In this document: positions 10,497 to 20,530 of the stretch, one piece after another | How the letters are laid out: every line of letters begins with the position of its first letter | How positions within the stretch are numbered: position 1 is the stretch's first letter | Source: Candidatus Komeilibacteria bacterium | GTDB lineage: Bacteria > Patescibacteriota > Patescibacteriia > UBA1558 > GWA2-36-10 | Reading direction: 5' to 3' | Length of the DNA: 64,000 nucleotides | Assembly: GCA_018656065.1 (NCBI GenBank) | Contig: JABHZY010000024.1 | Location: forward strand, 75,980 to 139,979 | Notes under the pieces: generated by a model | Told to the model about the DNA's origin: nothing | Databases searched by the model: none | Seen by the model: only the letters and a program-made list of their open reading frames with translations | Position numbers and translations under genes: made by a program

Positions 10497-11592
10497 ATTC
10501 CAAAATATAATCTAAAGTCTGACGAGCAACTTTAGACCAAGAAAACTGTTTGGCTCGTTCTAGACCTTTTTGCCTCAAATCACTCCTCTGCTCTTGATTA
10601 TTAAATATAATTTCAATTTTATTTTTTATATCTTCTATATCATCAGGATCAAAATACAAGGCAGACTCCTCGGCTACTTCTTTGAGCGCAGAAATATTTG
10701 AACAAACAACTGGTACTCCTGAAGCCATAGCCTCTAAAACTGGCAAACCAAAACCCTCAAACTTAGAAGGGAACACAAAGCCTGATGCCGAAGCCATTAA
10801 AGTCGGATAATTTGCTTGACTGACATAGCCCAAAAGCAATATATCCTCTTTTACATTTTCAGCCTGACACATTTTTTCAATTTCATCGTAACCATAATTA
10901 CCTGGACGACCACCTAAAACTAATGGCCATTTACGGCTGGTTTTTTTATATGCTTTAATAAGATTTAATACATTCTTTTTTGTTTCTAATCTACCAATAT
11001 AAAGTAAATATTTATCTGGATAATCATGCTTATCAATAAATGATTGTTTTAATTCATTGTCTATAGGTAAAAAAGTATCTTCTTTATAGCCTAAATGAAT
11101 AACTTTTATTTTATGCTTAGCTTTAGGAAAATATTTTATTATATCCTGCCTAGTAGCTTCAGAAATAGTAATAATCTTATCCGCTCGCTTGATAGCCAGA
11201 TTATGAGAAAATCTTTGATAAATACGTTCTAGCGGATGATAAAGCTCTGGATTTCTATAAAAACCAAGATCATGAATAGTCACAATCATCTCTCCTCTAC
11301 CAAAAAGTGGTAAAGCGTTAGTAGCAAAAAATTTATCAACAGGTCTAACAAAAAGTTCCCAGGCTAATCTAAAATGTGTCCAAAATTTTCTAAATGGCCA
11401 CGGCAAAGATTTTAAACAAAAATTATCCGGTGCATCTTTGAGATCACCGGCTATATATTTATTATAATAAATAACAAACTTATTTTCTTTATCTATTTTT
11501 TTAAATTCTTGGAGTAAATGCCAAGCATACCATTCGGTACCGGTCTTGTATTTTTTATTAGCTCTAGTAGCTTCTAGTCCTAATGTTTTCAT
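10495..11592 (-). CDS. Glycosyltransferase family 4
   Basis: TGTEWY, VTIHDL and FPSKFEGFGLPVLEAM motifs. Confidence 0.92.
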   Translation of the reverse strand: MKTLGLEATRANKKYKTGTEWYAWHLLQEFKKIDKENKFVIYYNKYIAGDLKDAPDNFCLKSLPWPFRKFWTHFRLAWELFVRPVDKFFATNALPLFGRGEMIVTIHDLGFYRNPELYHPLERIYQRFSHNLAIKRADKIITISEATRQDIIKYFPKAKHKIKVIHLGYKEDTFLPIDNELKQSFIDKHDYPDKYLLYIGRLETKKNVLNLIKAYKKTSRKWPLVLGGRPGNYGYDEIEKMCQAENVKEDILLLGYVSQANYPTLMASASGFVFPSKFEGFGLPVLEAMASGVPVVCSNISALKEVAEESALYFDPDDIEDIKNKIEIIFNNQEQRSDLRQKGLERAKQFSWSKVARQTLDYILE

Positions 11593-11602
11593 TACTATTA
11601 AA

Positions 11603-12616
11603 TTATTTAGCAGATAATATACTTCGTTTATATGATTCTAGATTCTCTAAAGCAATACCAGTACCACGAGCCACACAAAGAAGTGACTCATCAGCCACAT
11701 AAGCTGGTACACCAGTAGCTTGAGACAATAATTTATCCATATTACGCAACAATGAAGTTCCGCCTGATAAAACCATACCTTTATCCATAATATCAGCAGA
11801 TAGCTCCGGTGGCGTTTGATAAAGCACAGATTTTACAGCTGCAATTAAACTCTGTAATTCATTTTGCAAGGCTTCAGTTACATCATCAGAATTTACTGTA
11901 ATAGTACGCGGCAAACCAGACACCATATCACGACCCTTAATATCCAAAATTAGCTTTTCCTCTTTTGGTAAAAATTGAGCACTACCAATCTTTATTTTTA
12001 CTTCTTCAGCAGTTCTTTCTCCAATAGCTAAATTATATTTTTTCTTAATATGTTCAGCAATAGCTCCATCATATTTATTACCACCAATTCTAACTGAAGT
12101 ATTAGCTACTACGCCTCCTAAAGAAATAACTGCTATTTCACTAGTACCACCTCCCATATCAACAATCATATGCCCAGAAGCACTACCAATAGGAATATCA
12201 GCTCCTATGGCGGCTGCTATAGGCTCTTTAATGATATAAGCTGCCTTGGCACCAGCATTTAGCGTAGCATCAATTACAGCCCTTCTTTCAGTAGATGTAA
12301 TACCAGCCGGCACGGCAATCATAACTTCTGGACGAAATATCTTCATTCCTCCTACCGCTTTATTTATAAAATATTTGAGCATGCTTTCCGTAGTACGATA
12401 ATCTGCAATTACACCATCTTTAAGTGGTCGAGAAGCAATAATAGAATCTGGGGTACGTCCAATCATTTCCTTAGCTTCATCTCCTACAGCTAAAACTTTT
12501 TTGTCCAAAACTGAAATAGCCACTACTGATGGCTCATTTATTACAATACCTCGCTTTGGAATATATACCAAAGTATAAGCAGTACCTAAATCTATACCAA
12601 TTTTTTTTATAAACAT
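11603..12616 (-). CDS. mreB: Rod shape-determining protein MreB (paralog 2, Mbl-like)
   Basis: GIDLGTA, NEPSVVA, RPLKDGVIAD and DMGGGTSE motifs. Confidence 0.95.
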   Translation of the reverse strand: MFIKKIGIDLGTAYTLVYIPKRGIVINEPSVVAISVLDKKVLAVGDEAKEMIGRTPDSIIASRPLKDGVIADYRTTESMLKYFINKAVGGMKIFRPEVMIAVPAGITSTERRAVIDATLNAGAKAAYIIKEPIAAAIGADIPIGSASGHMIVDMGGGTSEIAVISLGGVVANTSVRIGGNKYDGAIAEHIKKKYNLAIGERTAEEVKIKIGSAQFLPKEEKLILDIKGRDMVSGLPRTITVNSDDVTEALQNELQSLIAAVKSVLYQTPPELSADIMDKGMVLSGGTSLLRNMDKLLSQATGVPAYVADESLLCVARGTGIALENLESYKRSILSAK

Positions 12617-12622
12617 GAATAA

Positions 12623-13081
12623 TTATTGAATCTCTAAAATCTTACATTTTGTTTTACCACTTGGCAAGTCTACCTCTACTTCATCACCAATTGTCTTACC
12701 CATTAACGCTTCACCAAATGGTGATTCTAGCGATATTTTACCCTGCACTGGATCAGCTTCAGTACTACCTACGATAGTAAAGTCTAATATCTGGCCTTCT
12801 TTATCAATCTTTACCTGACGGCCAACTTGAACCTTACCATCATCTTTCATTTTTTCAGCTACAAGAGAAGTTTTTACTAGATGTTCTAATTCTAAAATAC
12901 GACCCTCTACAAAAGACTGTTCTTCTTTAGCTTCTTGATATTCAGCATTTTCTGATAAATCACCCAATTCTTTAGCTGATTTAATTCTTTCAGATACCTC
13001 AGGGCGTTTTTTAGTCTTTAAAATCTCTAACTCTTCCTTGAGTTTATTAAGACCTTCTTCAGTTAAAACTTTATTGTCCAT
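12623..13081 (-). CDS. greA: Transcription elongation factor GreA
   Basis: GDLSENAEY and ISLESPFGEAL motifs. Confidence 0.96.
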   Translation of the reverse strand: MDNKVLTEEGLNKLKEELEILKTKKRPEVSERIKSAKELGDLSENAEYQEAKEEQSFVEGRILELEHLVKTSLVAEKMKDDGKVQVGRQVKIDKEGQILDFTIVGSTEADPVQGKISLESPFGEALMGKTIGDEVEVDLPSGKTKCKILEIQ

Positions 13082-13126
13082 AATAAATTATTTTTATTTC
13101 TAATTAGTATACTAAATATTATCAAA

Positions 13127-15034
13127 TTATTGAGAAAAATACCACTCCATAAATTCTCTAGTAATAGTAACTGCCAAACCTCTATCACCACCCTCTTCTA
13201 CTAATACGGTAGTTACTATCTTAGCATCTTCATAAGGAGCAAAAGCAGCCATCCAAGAATGCGGAGTTTTATTTCTATTAAACTGGGCCGTGCCCGTTTT
13301 ACCAGCTACATCAACTGTTACTGACTGGAGGCTCTGAGCTGTACCATCGGTGATCGTCATACGTAAACCTCTCTTTATAGTATTTAAATTATCAGATGCT
13401 ATAATATTAGTCAAAAGTGTCTTAGGTTTAAAAACAGTTGTATTATCCCCTACTTTACTTTCTTTTATAAAATGTGGTTCATAAACATGGCCATCATTAG
13501 CAAAATAAGACATCATTGTAGCAGCTTGCAATGGTGTACTTAATAAATATCCCTGTCCGATGGAAAGATTATAAGTATCACCAAGATACCATCTTTCATC
13601 AAAAGTAGCTTCTTTCCATTCTTTAGAAGGTAAAAATCCATCAACTTCTGAATTCAAATCAATGCCTGTTAATTTACCTAGACCAAATTTTCTAGAATAT
13701 TCAATAATCTTATCAGACCCCAATCCTAAACTAAGCCATTCATTATTTCCACCACCAATAGAATAAAAAAATGTATTAACTGAGTCAGCAATAGCCCAAT
13801 ATATATTAGTTAATCCATGCCCTCCGCTACGCCAATCTGGAAAAAAACTACTACCTATCTGAACACCGCCTGTACTATTAACTGTAAAACTAGAATTAAT
13901 AAGCTTTTCTTCTAAGGCAGCTGCCGATACCACTGCTTTAAATATAGAACCCATTGGATAGGTACCAGATATAGTTCTATTTAATAATGGTAAATTTTCA
14001 TTAGCTACTATTTCGCCATATTCTTCATCATTTAACAAAGTAGTGAAAATATTATTATCATAACTAGGTAGAGATACCATAGCCAAGACTCCACCATCCT
14101 TAGGATCAAGTATTACTGCTGCCATCTTAGGATTATCATAAAGTTCAGCGTTTTTTTGCATTATCTCAAATAACTTGGCTTGAGCTTTAGCATCTACAGT
14201 TAAAACTAAGTCTGAACCATCTATTGGTTCGATCATTGATAAAATATTTTTTTCTCTAAATAAAGCGTCTACTTCAATTTGCCTTATACCATCTTGCCCC
14301 TTGATAGAGTTTTCATACATTAATTCTAAACCTGTTTTACCAATTCTATCATAATAATTATATCTTCTATTGGCTATGTCATCTTCTGTCACTGCCCCTA
14401 AATAACCCATGGCATGACTAAGTCCCAAATAATTAAAATATTCACGACGAGGTTCATAAGCTACATCAATACTAGGTTGCGATTCTGATAATATAATTAA
14501 CCTCATAGCTAAATCATAAGGTAAATTTTCGTACATCAATATTTTAGTTGATTTATTTTCTTCATTATAAATATTATTTTCTAATTCATCTTTTGAGATA
14601 TCTAAAATATTAGATAATTTATTAAATAAATCCTGCTTAGCTAATTCATCTTCAGGAAAAATATCTTTATCTAAATAAAGAAAAAAATAAGAAATATTTT
14701 TCACTAATAAATCACCAAAACGATCATACATCAAACCACGATTAGCTTTAATAACGTCAGATTTAATACGATTACCCTCAGCTATATTTCTAAAATATTC
14801 TCCTTTGATGGCCTGTAAATAAAAAGCTCGTCCAAATAGAATAAATAAACAAATAAAAAAAATAAGAAATAACCAACGTATTTTTTTATCTTCGAAAAAT
14901 CTACCTAATTGTTGAGTTTTATCAACTAAGCCAAAATCCAAATAATCACCACTCTTTTTTTGCTTTATAAAGCCACCTACTTTTGAGTCGCGTATTTGTC
15001 CTTCTTGAATTTTAAAAGGATTGTTTTTGATCAT
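13127..15034 (-). CDS. mrdA: Penicillin-binding protein 2
   Basis: RG...DR, GKTGLE, SIFK (SxxK), SVN and KTGTAQ motifs; follows mreCD. Confidence 0.93.
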   Translation of the reverse strand: MIKNNPFKIQEGQIRDSKVGGFIKQKKSGDYLDFGLVDKTQQLGRFFEDKKIRWLFLIFFICLFILFGRAFYLQAIKGEYFRNIAEGNRIKSDVIKANRGLMYDRFGDLLVKNISYFFLYLDKDIFPEDELAKQDLFNKLSNILDISKDELENNIYNEENKSTKILMYENLPYDLAMRLIILSESQPSIDVAYEPRREYFNYLGLSHAMGYLGAVTEDDIANRRYNYYDRIGKTGLELMYENSIKGQDGIRQIEVDALFREKNILSMIEPIDGSDLVLTVDAKAQAKLFEIMQKNAELYDNPKMAAVILDPKDGGVLAMVSLPSYDNNIFTTLLNDEEYGEIVANENLPLLNRTISGTYPMGSIFKAVVSAAALEEKLINSSFTVNSTGGVQIGSSFFPDWRSGGHGLTNIYWAIADSVNTFFYSIGGGNNEWLSLGLGSDKIIEYSRKFGLGKLTGIDLNSEVDGFLPSKEWKEATFDERWYLGDTYNLSIGQGYLLSTPLQAATMMSYFANDGHVYEPHFIKESKVGDNTTVFKPKTLLTNIIASDNLNTIKRGLRMTITDGTAQSLQSVTVDVAGKTGTAQFNRNKTPHSWMAAFAPYEDAKIVTTVLVEEGGDRGLAVTITREFMEWYFSQ

Positions 15035-15515
15035 GACGCTTCACCCAAAAATTATAATAAATTAAATGTAAAAATATTACTAAAAATATATTAATGCCTG
15101 TCATTTTTAATATAGGTTTTATCAAATTATTATCAATAATATATAAATCCCAATTAAAAATTAAATCACTTGCCCAAAATAACAACCAAAATACTACAAA
15201 AGAAAATAAAGTAAGCAATATGATAGACAAAATATTTTTAGAACTTAGAATAGTAACTTGCAAACTTTTTAATACAAAAACAATAATAACAAATATAACG
15301 GCATGCAAACCAAAAATTCCTGTGAAAGAATCTATAAAAAATCCAGCCAATAATGCAAAAGTGTAATATACCCACTCCTTTTCAGAATTAAAATAAATTA
15401 ATAAAAGTGCGACTAAAAATGGCTGCAAAAATTGCCAACCATTATCATAGAAGTTTAGAAATAAGTATAAGAAACTACTTATCAAAAATATTAATATAAA
15501 ATAGAGATACCTCAT
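15012..15515 (-). CDS. mreD: Rod shape-determining protein MreD
   Basis: Hydrophobic multi-TM protein with GFFIDSFTGIFG; lies between mreC and mrdA. Confidence 0.75.
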   Translation of the reverse strand: MRYLYFILIFLISSFLYLFLNFYDNGWQFLQPFLVALLLIYFNSEKEWVYYTFALLAGFFIDSFTGIFGLHAVIFVIIVFVLKSLQVTILSSKNILSIILLTLFSFVVFWLLFWASDLIFNWDLYIIDNNLIKPILKMTGINIFLVIFLHLIYYNFWVKRHDQKQSF

Positions 15516-16252
15516 GATTGAGTAATAACTGCTAAAGTAAACAAAACCTCATAATTTATCAAAGGTAGCACAGATGCTTCCTTAAAAAGCTCTTCCTGTT
15601 CAAATTCTACATTCTCTATCTGACCAACTACCAAACCAGAAGGTATCTTAGGATCAATATCTGCAGTAACTACTATATCTCCTTTTTTTATTTCTTGTTC
15701 TTGAGGTATAAAACTAAGCTCCATTACTAAACCTAAAGAACCACTAAGTATGCCCGAAACATTTCTATCATCACCTATTTTGACAGCTAACTTAGAAAAA
15801 TGATCCGTTAAAAGTCTAAGCTTTGAGGAGTCTATTCCTGCATCTATAATTTTACCAACTACAATGCCATTGCTAACTACTACGGCTTGTCCATTTTCTA
15901 TGCCTCTATCTCTACCCGCATCTATAATTAATATATTACGGTTCAGTGGATCTCTACTTAATATATTAACTACAGCTAAATTATATTCCTTTTTATTTTT
16001 TAATTCTAATAATTCACGTAGTTCATTATTTTCTTGTTTAAGTTCTTTAAGTTGATTATTTTCTACTAAAAGATTCTTATACTCTTCTTCAAGATTATCA
16101 GGAAAACTTAATAAAGTTGTATTAAATTTTTCTGGACTAAAACTTTTTCTAAAAATTATTCCTAAATCAAAAATTTGCCCGTTTTTAAATAATATAAACA
16201 GAGCAATTATTGTGATAAAAATTAAAAAAAATTTTAAATTTTGTCTTAGCAT
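15512..16252 (-). CDS. mreC: Rod shape-determining protein MreC
   Basis: TM, coiled coil (ENNELRELL), IDAGRDRGI and GDIVVT motifs. Confidence 0.92.
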   Translation of the reverse strand: MLRQNLKFFLIFITIIALFILFKNGQIFDLGIIFRKSFSPEKFNTTLLSFPDNLEEEYKNLLVENNQLKELKQENNELRELLELKNKKEYNLAVVNILSRDPLNRNILIIDAGRDRGIENGQAVVVSNGIVVGKIIDAGIDSSKLRLLTDHFSKLAVKIGDDRNVSGILSGSLGLVMELSFIPQEQEIKKGDIVVTADIDPKIPSGLVVGQIENVEFEQEELFKEASVLPLINYEVLFTLAVITQS

Positions 16253-16263
16253 AGGCTATTTAA

Positions 16264-17316
16264 CTATCCCCATCCCATATCTTTAGTAGAAGGTAAAAGT
16301 ATTTCTCTTAGATTATCTAAATCATCCAAAACTTTACCAGTACCTCTAACTACAGCTGTAAGAGGTTCATCAGTAATATGAACTGGCATCTTTGTTTCTT
16401 GAGATATCAGAATATCCAAACCTTTTAACAAGGCTCCACCACCTGTTAGCACCATACCTCTTTCATAAAGGTCTGAGACTAATTCTGGTGGTGTATTTTC
16501 AATAGTTGCTTTTATGTTTTCTACAATTAATTTAATTGGCTTGATAATAGCTTCACGAATATTAGCTTCTGTTACTTGTACTTCTTTTGGTAAACCAGTT
16601 AAAAGATCGCGACCACGCATAGTAGTCTTTACAGGCTTATCACTAGCCATAATTGATCCTATTTGGATTTTTATTTTTTCAGCAGTACGTTCACCTAAAA
16701 GTAAATTAAATTTATCACGAGCATATTGAATAATAGCCTCATTAAATTTATCACCAGCCAATTTAAGTGATTTCCAAGAAACTACGCCTCCTAGAGAAAT
16801 AACAGCTATTTCTGTGGTACCACCACCAATATCCACTATCATAGAACCTGAAGCCTCTTGAATTGGTAAACCAGCTCCAATAGCAGCTGCCATTGGCTCT
16901 TCTATAAGTAAAACCTCTGAAGCACCAGCTCCCATCACAGAGTCTTCTACTGCCTTTCTTTCTACTTCTGTTACATCTAAAGGAATACCAATTACCACTC
17001 TTGGCCGAGGCATAAAAGTAAATGATTCTTTATGAACTTTTTCAATAAAATGCTTAATCATTTTTTCAGATACTTCAAAATCAGAAATAATTCCATCTAC
17101 TAATGGCCTAGTGACTGTAATATGTTGTGGAGTTTTACCAAGCATAATCTTAGCATCATCACCAACAGCTATAATTTTTTCTGTACGATTATTGATAGCT
17201 ACTATAGAGGGTTCATTGACTACAATGCCTTGATCTTTAACATAAACCAAAATATTGGCTGTACCTAGGTCAATGCCAATATCTTTGGAAAAGTTTTTAA
17301 AAAGTCCTTTAAACAT
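16264..17316 (-). CDS. mreB: Rod shape-determining protein MreB
   Basis: GIDLGTAN, EEPMAAAIGAGLP and DIGGGTTE motifs. Confidence 0.96.
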   Translation of the reverse strand: MFKGLFKNFSKDIGIDLGTANILVYVKDQGIVVNEPSIVAINNRTEKIIAVGDDAKIMLGKTPQHITVTRPLVDGIISDFEVSEKMIKHFIEKVHKESFTFMPRPRVVIGIPLDVTEVERKAVEDSVMGAGASEVLLIEEPMAAAIGAGLPIQEASGSMIVDIGGGTTEIAVISLGGVVSWKSLKLAGDKFNEAIIQYARDKFNLLLGERTAEKIKIQIGSIMASDKPVKTTMRGRDLLTGLPKEVQVTEANIREAIIKPIKLIVENIKATIENTPPELVSDLYERGMVLTGGGALLKGLDILISQETKMPVHITDEPLTAVVRGTGKVLDDLDNLREILLPSTKDMGWG

Positions 17317-18560
17317 TATTTGTAAAATTTATTAATTTTTTTAATAACACTATCTAAATCTAACAATTCTTTACTATGGTCTTTTCTATAAATAAGCTCT
17401 AATTCTGATTGTTTATCAGAAATAATTAATTGCAGACAATTACCTAATAAATCAGCGTCTTTGAATTTCTTACCGAATGATATATCTCTATCATCAAATA
17501 ATACTTCTAGGCCATTTTCACGTAATTTTTCATAGACCTTATTAGCTCGTTCATTTGTCTTATCATTTTTTGACAGATTTAGCAAATGAACATGGTATGG
17601 TGTAGTAGCTTTAGTCCATATAATACCGTCTTTGTCATGACTAGCCTCTACTACAGTACCCATAACACGCCCTAGACCAATGCCATATGAGCCCATAAGC
17701 ACATTTTTCATCTGGCCATCTTCAGTAGTATATTTTAGCCCTAAGGACTCTGAATATTTAGTGCCAAGTCTAAAAATATTACCAGCTTCAACAGTTTTAG
17801 CTTCTTCTGTCTTAACTCCACATTTTGGACATTTATCACCAGCTTTAATTTTGGTAATTTCTTTATTTTGAGCCCAACCACATTCAGTACATAAAACAGT
17901 AATATCTTCTCCAGCCTCTGTCTTAACCATGAATTCATGAGAAAACTGTTTACTCATAGATCCACCAGAAGCTTCAACTGAAAAAGCCTCTAACCCTAAT
18001 CTTTTAAAAATAGTCAAATAAGCATCATGCACTCTAAAATAATATTCATCTAAATCTTTTTCATCTGCGTGGAAACTATAAAGATCTTTCATAGAAAATT
18101 CACGACCACGAAGTAAGCCAGACTTTGCTCGTTTTTCATTTCTAAACTTGTCTTGAATTTGATAAATATATATTGGTAAATCTTTATAAGATTTGATTTG
18201 TTGTTTGGCTAGTTCAGTCACTACTTCTTCATGGGTAGTAGCTAAACCTACTTCGCTACCATGACCATCTTCAAATTGATACATAATATCTTCCATCTCA
18301 GACCAACGACCAGTTTTATCCCAAAGCTCTTTTGGTTGCAAAGCTGTCATTAACATTTCTTGACCATCTACCGCATCCATCTCTTCTCTAATTATATTTT
18401 CAACTTTACGAAAAACTTTAAGACCAAGTGGTAAGTAGTTATATACACCAGCCATATGTTTTTCTATAAACCCGCCACGAATAAGTAATTCAGCGTTAAT
18501 AGATTTTTCATCTTTACTGACTTCTCGTCTGGTTTTTCCAAATAATTTTGATTGTATCAT
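17316..18560 (-). CDS. proS: Proline--tRNA ligase (short form)
   Basis: THEE, GLLRGREFSMKDLYSF, SHEF and MGSYGIG motifs; C-terminal anticodon-binding domain. Confidence 0.92.
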   Translation of the reverse strand: MIQSKLFGKTRREVSKDEKSINAELLIRGGFIEKHMAGVYNYLPLGLKVFRKVENIIREEMDAVDGQEMLMTALQPKELWDKTGRWSEMEDIMYQFEDGHGSEVGLATTHEEVVTELAKQQIKSYKDLPIYIYQIQDKFRNEKRAKSGLLRGREFSMKDLYSFHADEKDLDEYYFRVHDAYLTIFKRLGLEAFSVEASGGSMSKQFSHEFMVKTEAGEDITVLCTECGWAQNKEITKIKAGDKCPKCGVKTEEAKTVEAGNIFRLGTKYSESLGLKYTTEDGQMKNVLMGSYGIGLGRVMGTVVEASHDKDGIIWTKATTPYHVHLLNLSKNDKTNERANKVYEKLRENGLEVLFDDRDISFGKKFKDADLLGNCLQLIISDKQSELELIYRKDHSKELLDLDSVIKKINKFYK

Positions 18561-18562
18561 AT

Positions 18563-18847
18563 TTAATCTTTTAATAAATTGATAATGCGTTCTTTCTCAA
18601 CTTCCAAAATACCTCCATCATAATCTCCGCTATGAGCTGTCTGTCCTTTGTGACAAGCTCCCTTTTGATCAAGATGTAATGAAAATTCAATTCCATCTTT
18701 TGTTTCTTTATTATAAATATGGAAACGCGGAAATTCACCACCCTCTAGACGTCTAGAAAAACTTTTGCCGTTTCTATGTGGATGATAACCAATCCGCCTA
18801 GCTAAGGCCAAAATATTATATTTATTGTTATTAATCAAAAATTTCAT
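18563..18847 (-). CDS. Conserved hypothetical protein
   Basis: Probable start MKFLINN at 18847; FPRFHIY/LHLDQK/HSGDYDG motifs. Confidence 0.6.
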   Translation of the reverse strand: MKFLINNNKYNILALARRIGYHPHRNGKSFSRRLEGGEFPRFHIYNKETKDGIEFSLHLDQKGACHKGQTAHSGDYDGGILEVEKERIINLLKD

Positions 18848-18851
18848 AAAT

Positions 18852-19961
18852 TTACATAAACCAAGATGTGACTGCATTCCAAATACCAGCACCATAGATT
18901 TTAAAATCTCTCAAAGTAACTGCCACTAATATCGCCACTAATATAATAAAACCACTATTATGTATCCAAGCTTCTGCTTTTTCATTTAATTTTTTACGAG
19001 TAATAGCTTCAAGTAATATAAATAAAGCTCGACCACCATCAAGAGCTGGGAATGGGAAGAAATTAATAACTCCTAAATTGATAGATAGTATAGCAGCAAA
19101 ATATACAATGTTAATAAAACCAAGTTTTACAATTTGCCCAGTCACCACTGCTACTGCTACTGGCCCACCAAATCCTGAAGCTAAATTACCTTCCGTGATA
19201 AGATCCTTAACTAAATTATACAAAGCGGCCACAATGCCGACTATCATAGCAATAGTCACTTTGAATCCCTGAACTATACTGCCAAAAAAACCATACTCTA
19301 TAATACCAGTCTCAGTGATACCAACTCCTATCATTAACTCTCCGCCCTCTTCTAGAATTTCGTGTTTTAAATTATACGTTTCTTCTTGATTATCTCCTTT
19401 ACGTACAGCTAATGCTATATCTTCGCCTCTTAGAAATTCTAATTGAGTATAAACATCTTCATAATTATCAAAAGCCTGTCCATTAACTTCTAATATTTTA
19501 TCACCAACATCTAGACCAGCTTTATCAGCTGGACTATCTTTAGCTATTTGCAGAATAACTACATTCTTATCTTTAATTTCTTTGCCAATAGTATCTTCGG
19601 TTAACTCTTGTGGAAAACCAGCCATAAATACTATAGAAAGCAACACAAAAGCTAAAACAAAATTCATAAATACACCAGCTGAAATAATGATTAATTTTTT
19701 CCAAGCTGGTTGATTTACAAAACTCCTAGGATCATCCTGACCCTCGCCTTGTTCACCGGTAATTTTTACAAAACCGCCCATTGGTATCCAATTGATAGAA
19801 TATTTTACACCTTTTCTTACCCACGAAACAATCTTTGGCGGAAAACCAATTGCAAATTCTTCTACGTCTACTCCTAACTTTATAGCGCTAACAAAATGCC
19901 CAAGTTCATGAACTAATATTAAAACACCTAAAATTATTATAAATATTATAACTGCTTCCAT
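18852..19961 (-). CDS. rseP: Site-2 metalloprotease RseP (M50, PDZ)
   Basis: HELGH, PDZ domain and NFFPFPALDGG motifs. Confidence 0.94.
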   Translation of the reverse strand: MEAVIIFIIILGVLILVHELGHFVSAIKLGVDVEEFAIGFPPKIVSWVRKGVKYSINWIPMGGFVKITGEQGEGQDDPRSFVNQPAWKKLIIISAGVFMNFVLAFVLLSIVFMAGFPQELTEDTIGKEIKDKNVVILQIAKDSPADKAGLDVGDKILEVNGQAFDNYEDVYTQLEFLRGEDIALAVRKGDNQEETYNLKHEILEEGGELMIGVGITETGIIEYGFFGSIVQGFKVTIAMIVGIVAALYNLVKDLITEGNLASGFGGPVAVAVVTGQIVKLGFINIVYFAAILSINLGVINFFPFPALDGGRALFILLEAITRKKLNEKAEAWIHNSGFIILVAILVAVTLRDFKIYGAGIWNAVTSWFM

Positions 19962-19965
19962 AAAA

Positions 19966-20520
19966 TTAAATTGTCATTATTTCTTTTTCTTTTTCGTCGC
20001 CGATTTGTTTAATCTTTTCATTATACTCTTTAACTAATTCATCTAATTCTTTTAAAGCTCCAAACCTATCATCTTCAGAAATTTGTTTACTTTTCTCTAA
20101 AGAAATTATTTCTTCTTTTACTCTTTCTCTATTATTTCTTAAGGTAATACGTGAATCTTCAGCTTTTTTATGAAGTATTTTTACTAATTCTTTACGAGAT
20201 TCTTCAGTCAAAGGAGGGAAATTTAATCTAACTAAATCTCCATCCACCACTGGATTAACATTTAAATCTGCTTGGTTAAGAGCTCTTTCTATATCAGCTA
20301 ATATACTTTTATCCCAAGGTTTAATCACGATACTTTGAGGCTCTGGGCTAGTGATAGCCGCTAACTGTAAAAGTTCTGTATTAACTCCATAACTTTCTAC
20401 AGAAATATTTTCCACTAAACTAGGCGAAACTCGGCCCGTTCTTAATGAAGTAATATCCTCTTGAAAAAAACTAATAGTTTTTTCAAATTCTTCCTTGTGT
20501 TTTTCAATTAAATTATTCAT
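19966..20520 (-). CDS. frr: Ribosome recycling factor
   Basis: LRTGR, PWDK and PPLTEESRKEL motifs. Confidence 0.96.
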   Translation of the reverse strand: MNNLIEKHKEEFEKTISFFQEDITSLRTGRVSPSLVENISVESYGVNTELLQLAAITSPEPQSIVIKPWDKSILADIERALNQADLNVNPVVDGDLVRLNFPPLTEESRKELVKILHKKAEDSRITLRNNRERVKEEIISLEKSKQISEDDRFGALKELDELVKEYNEKIKQIGDEKEKEIMTI

Positions 20521-20530
20521 TATTTTAAAA

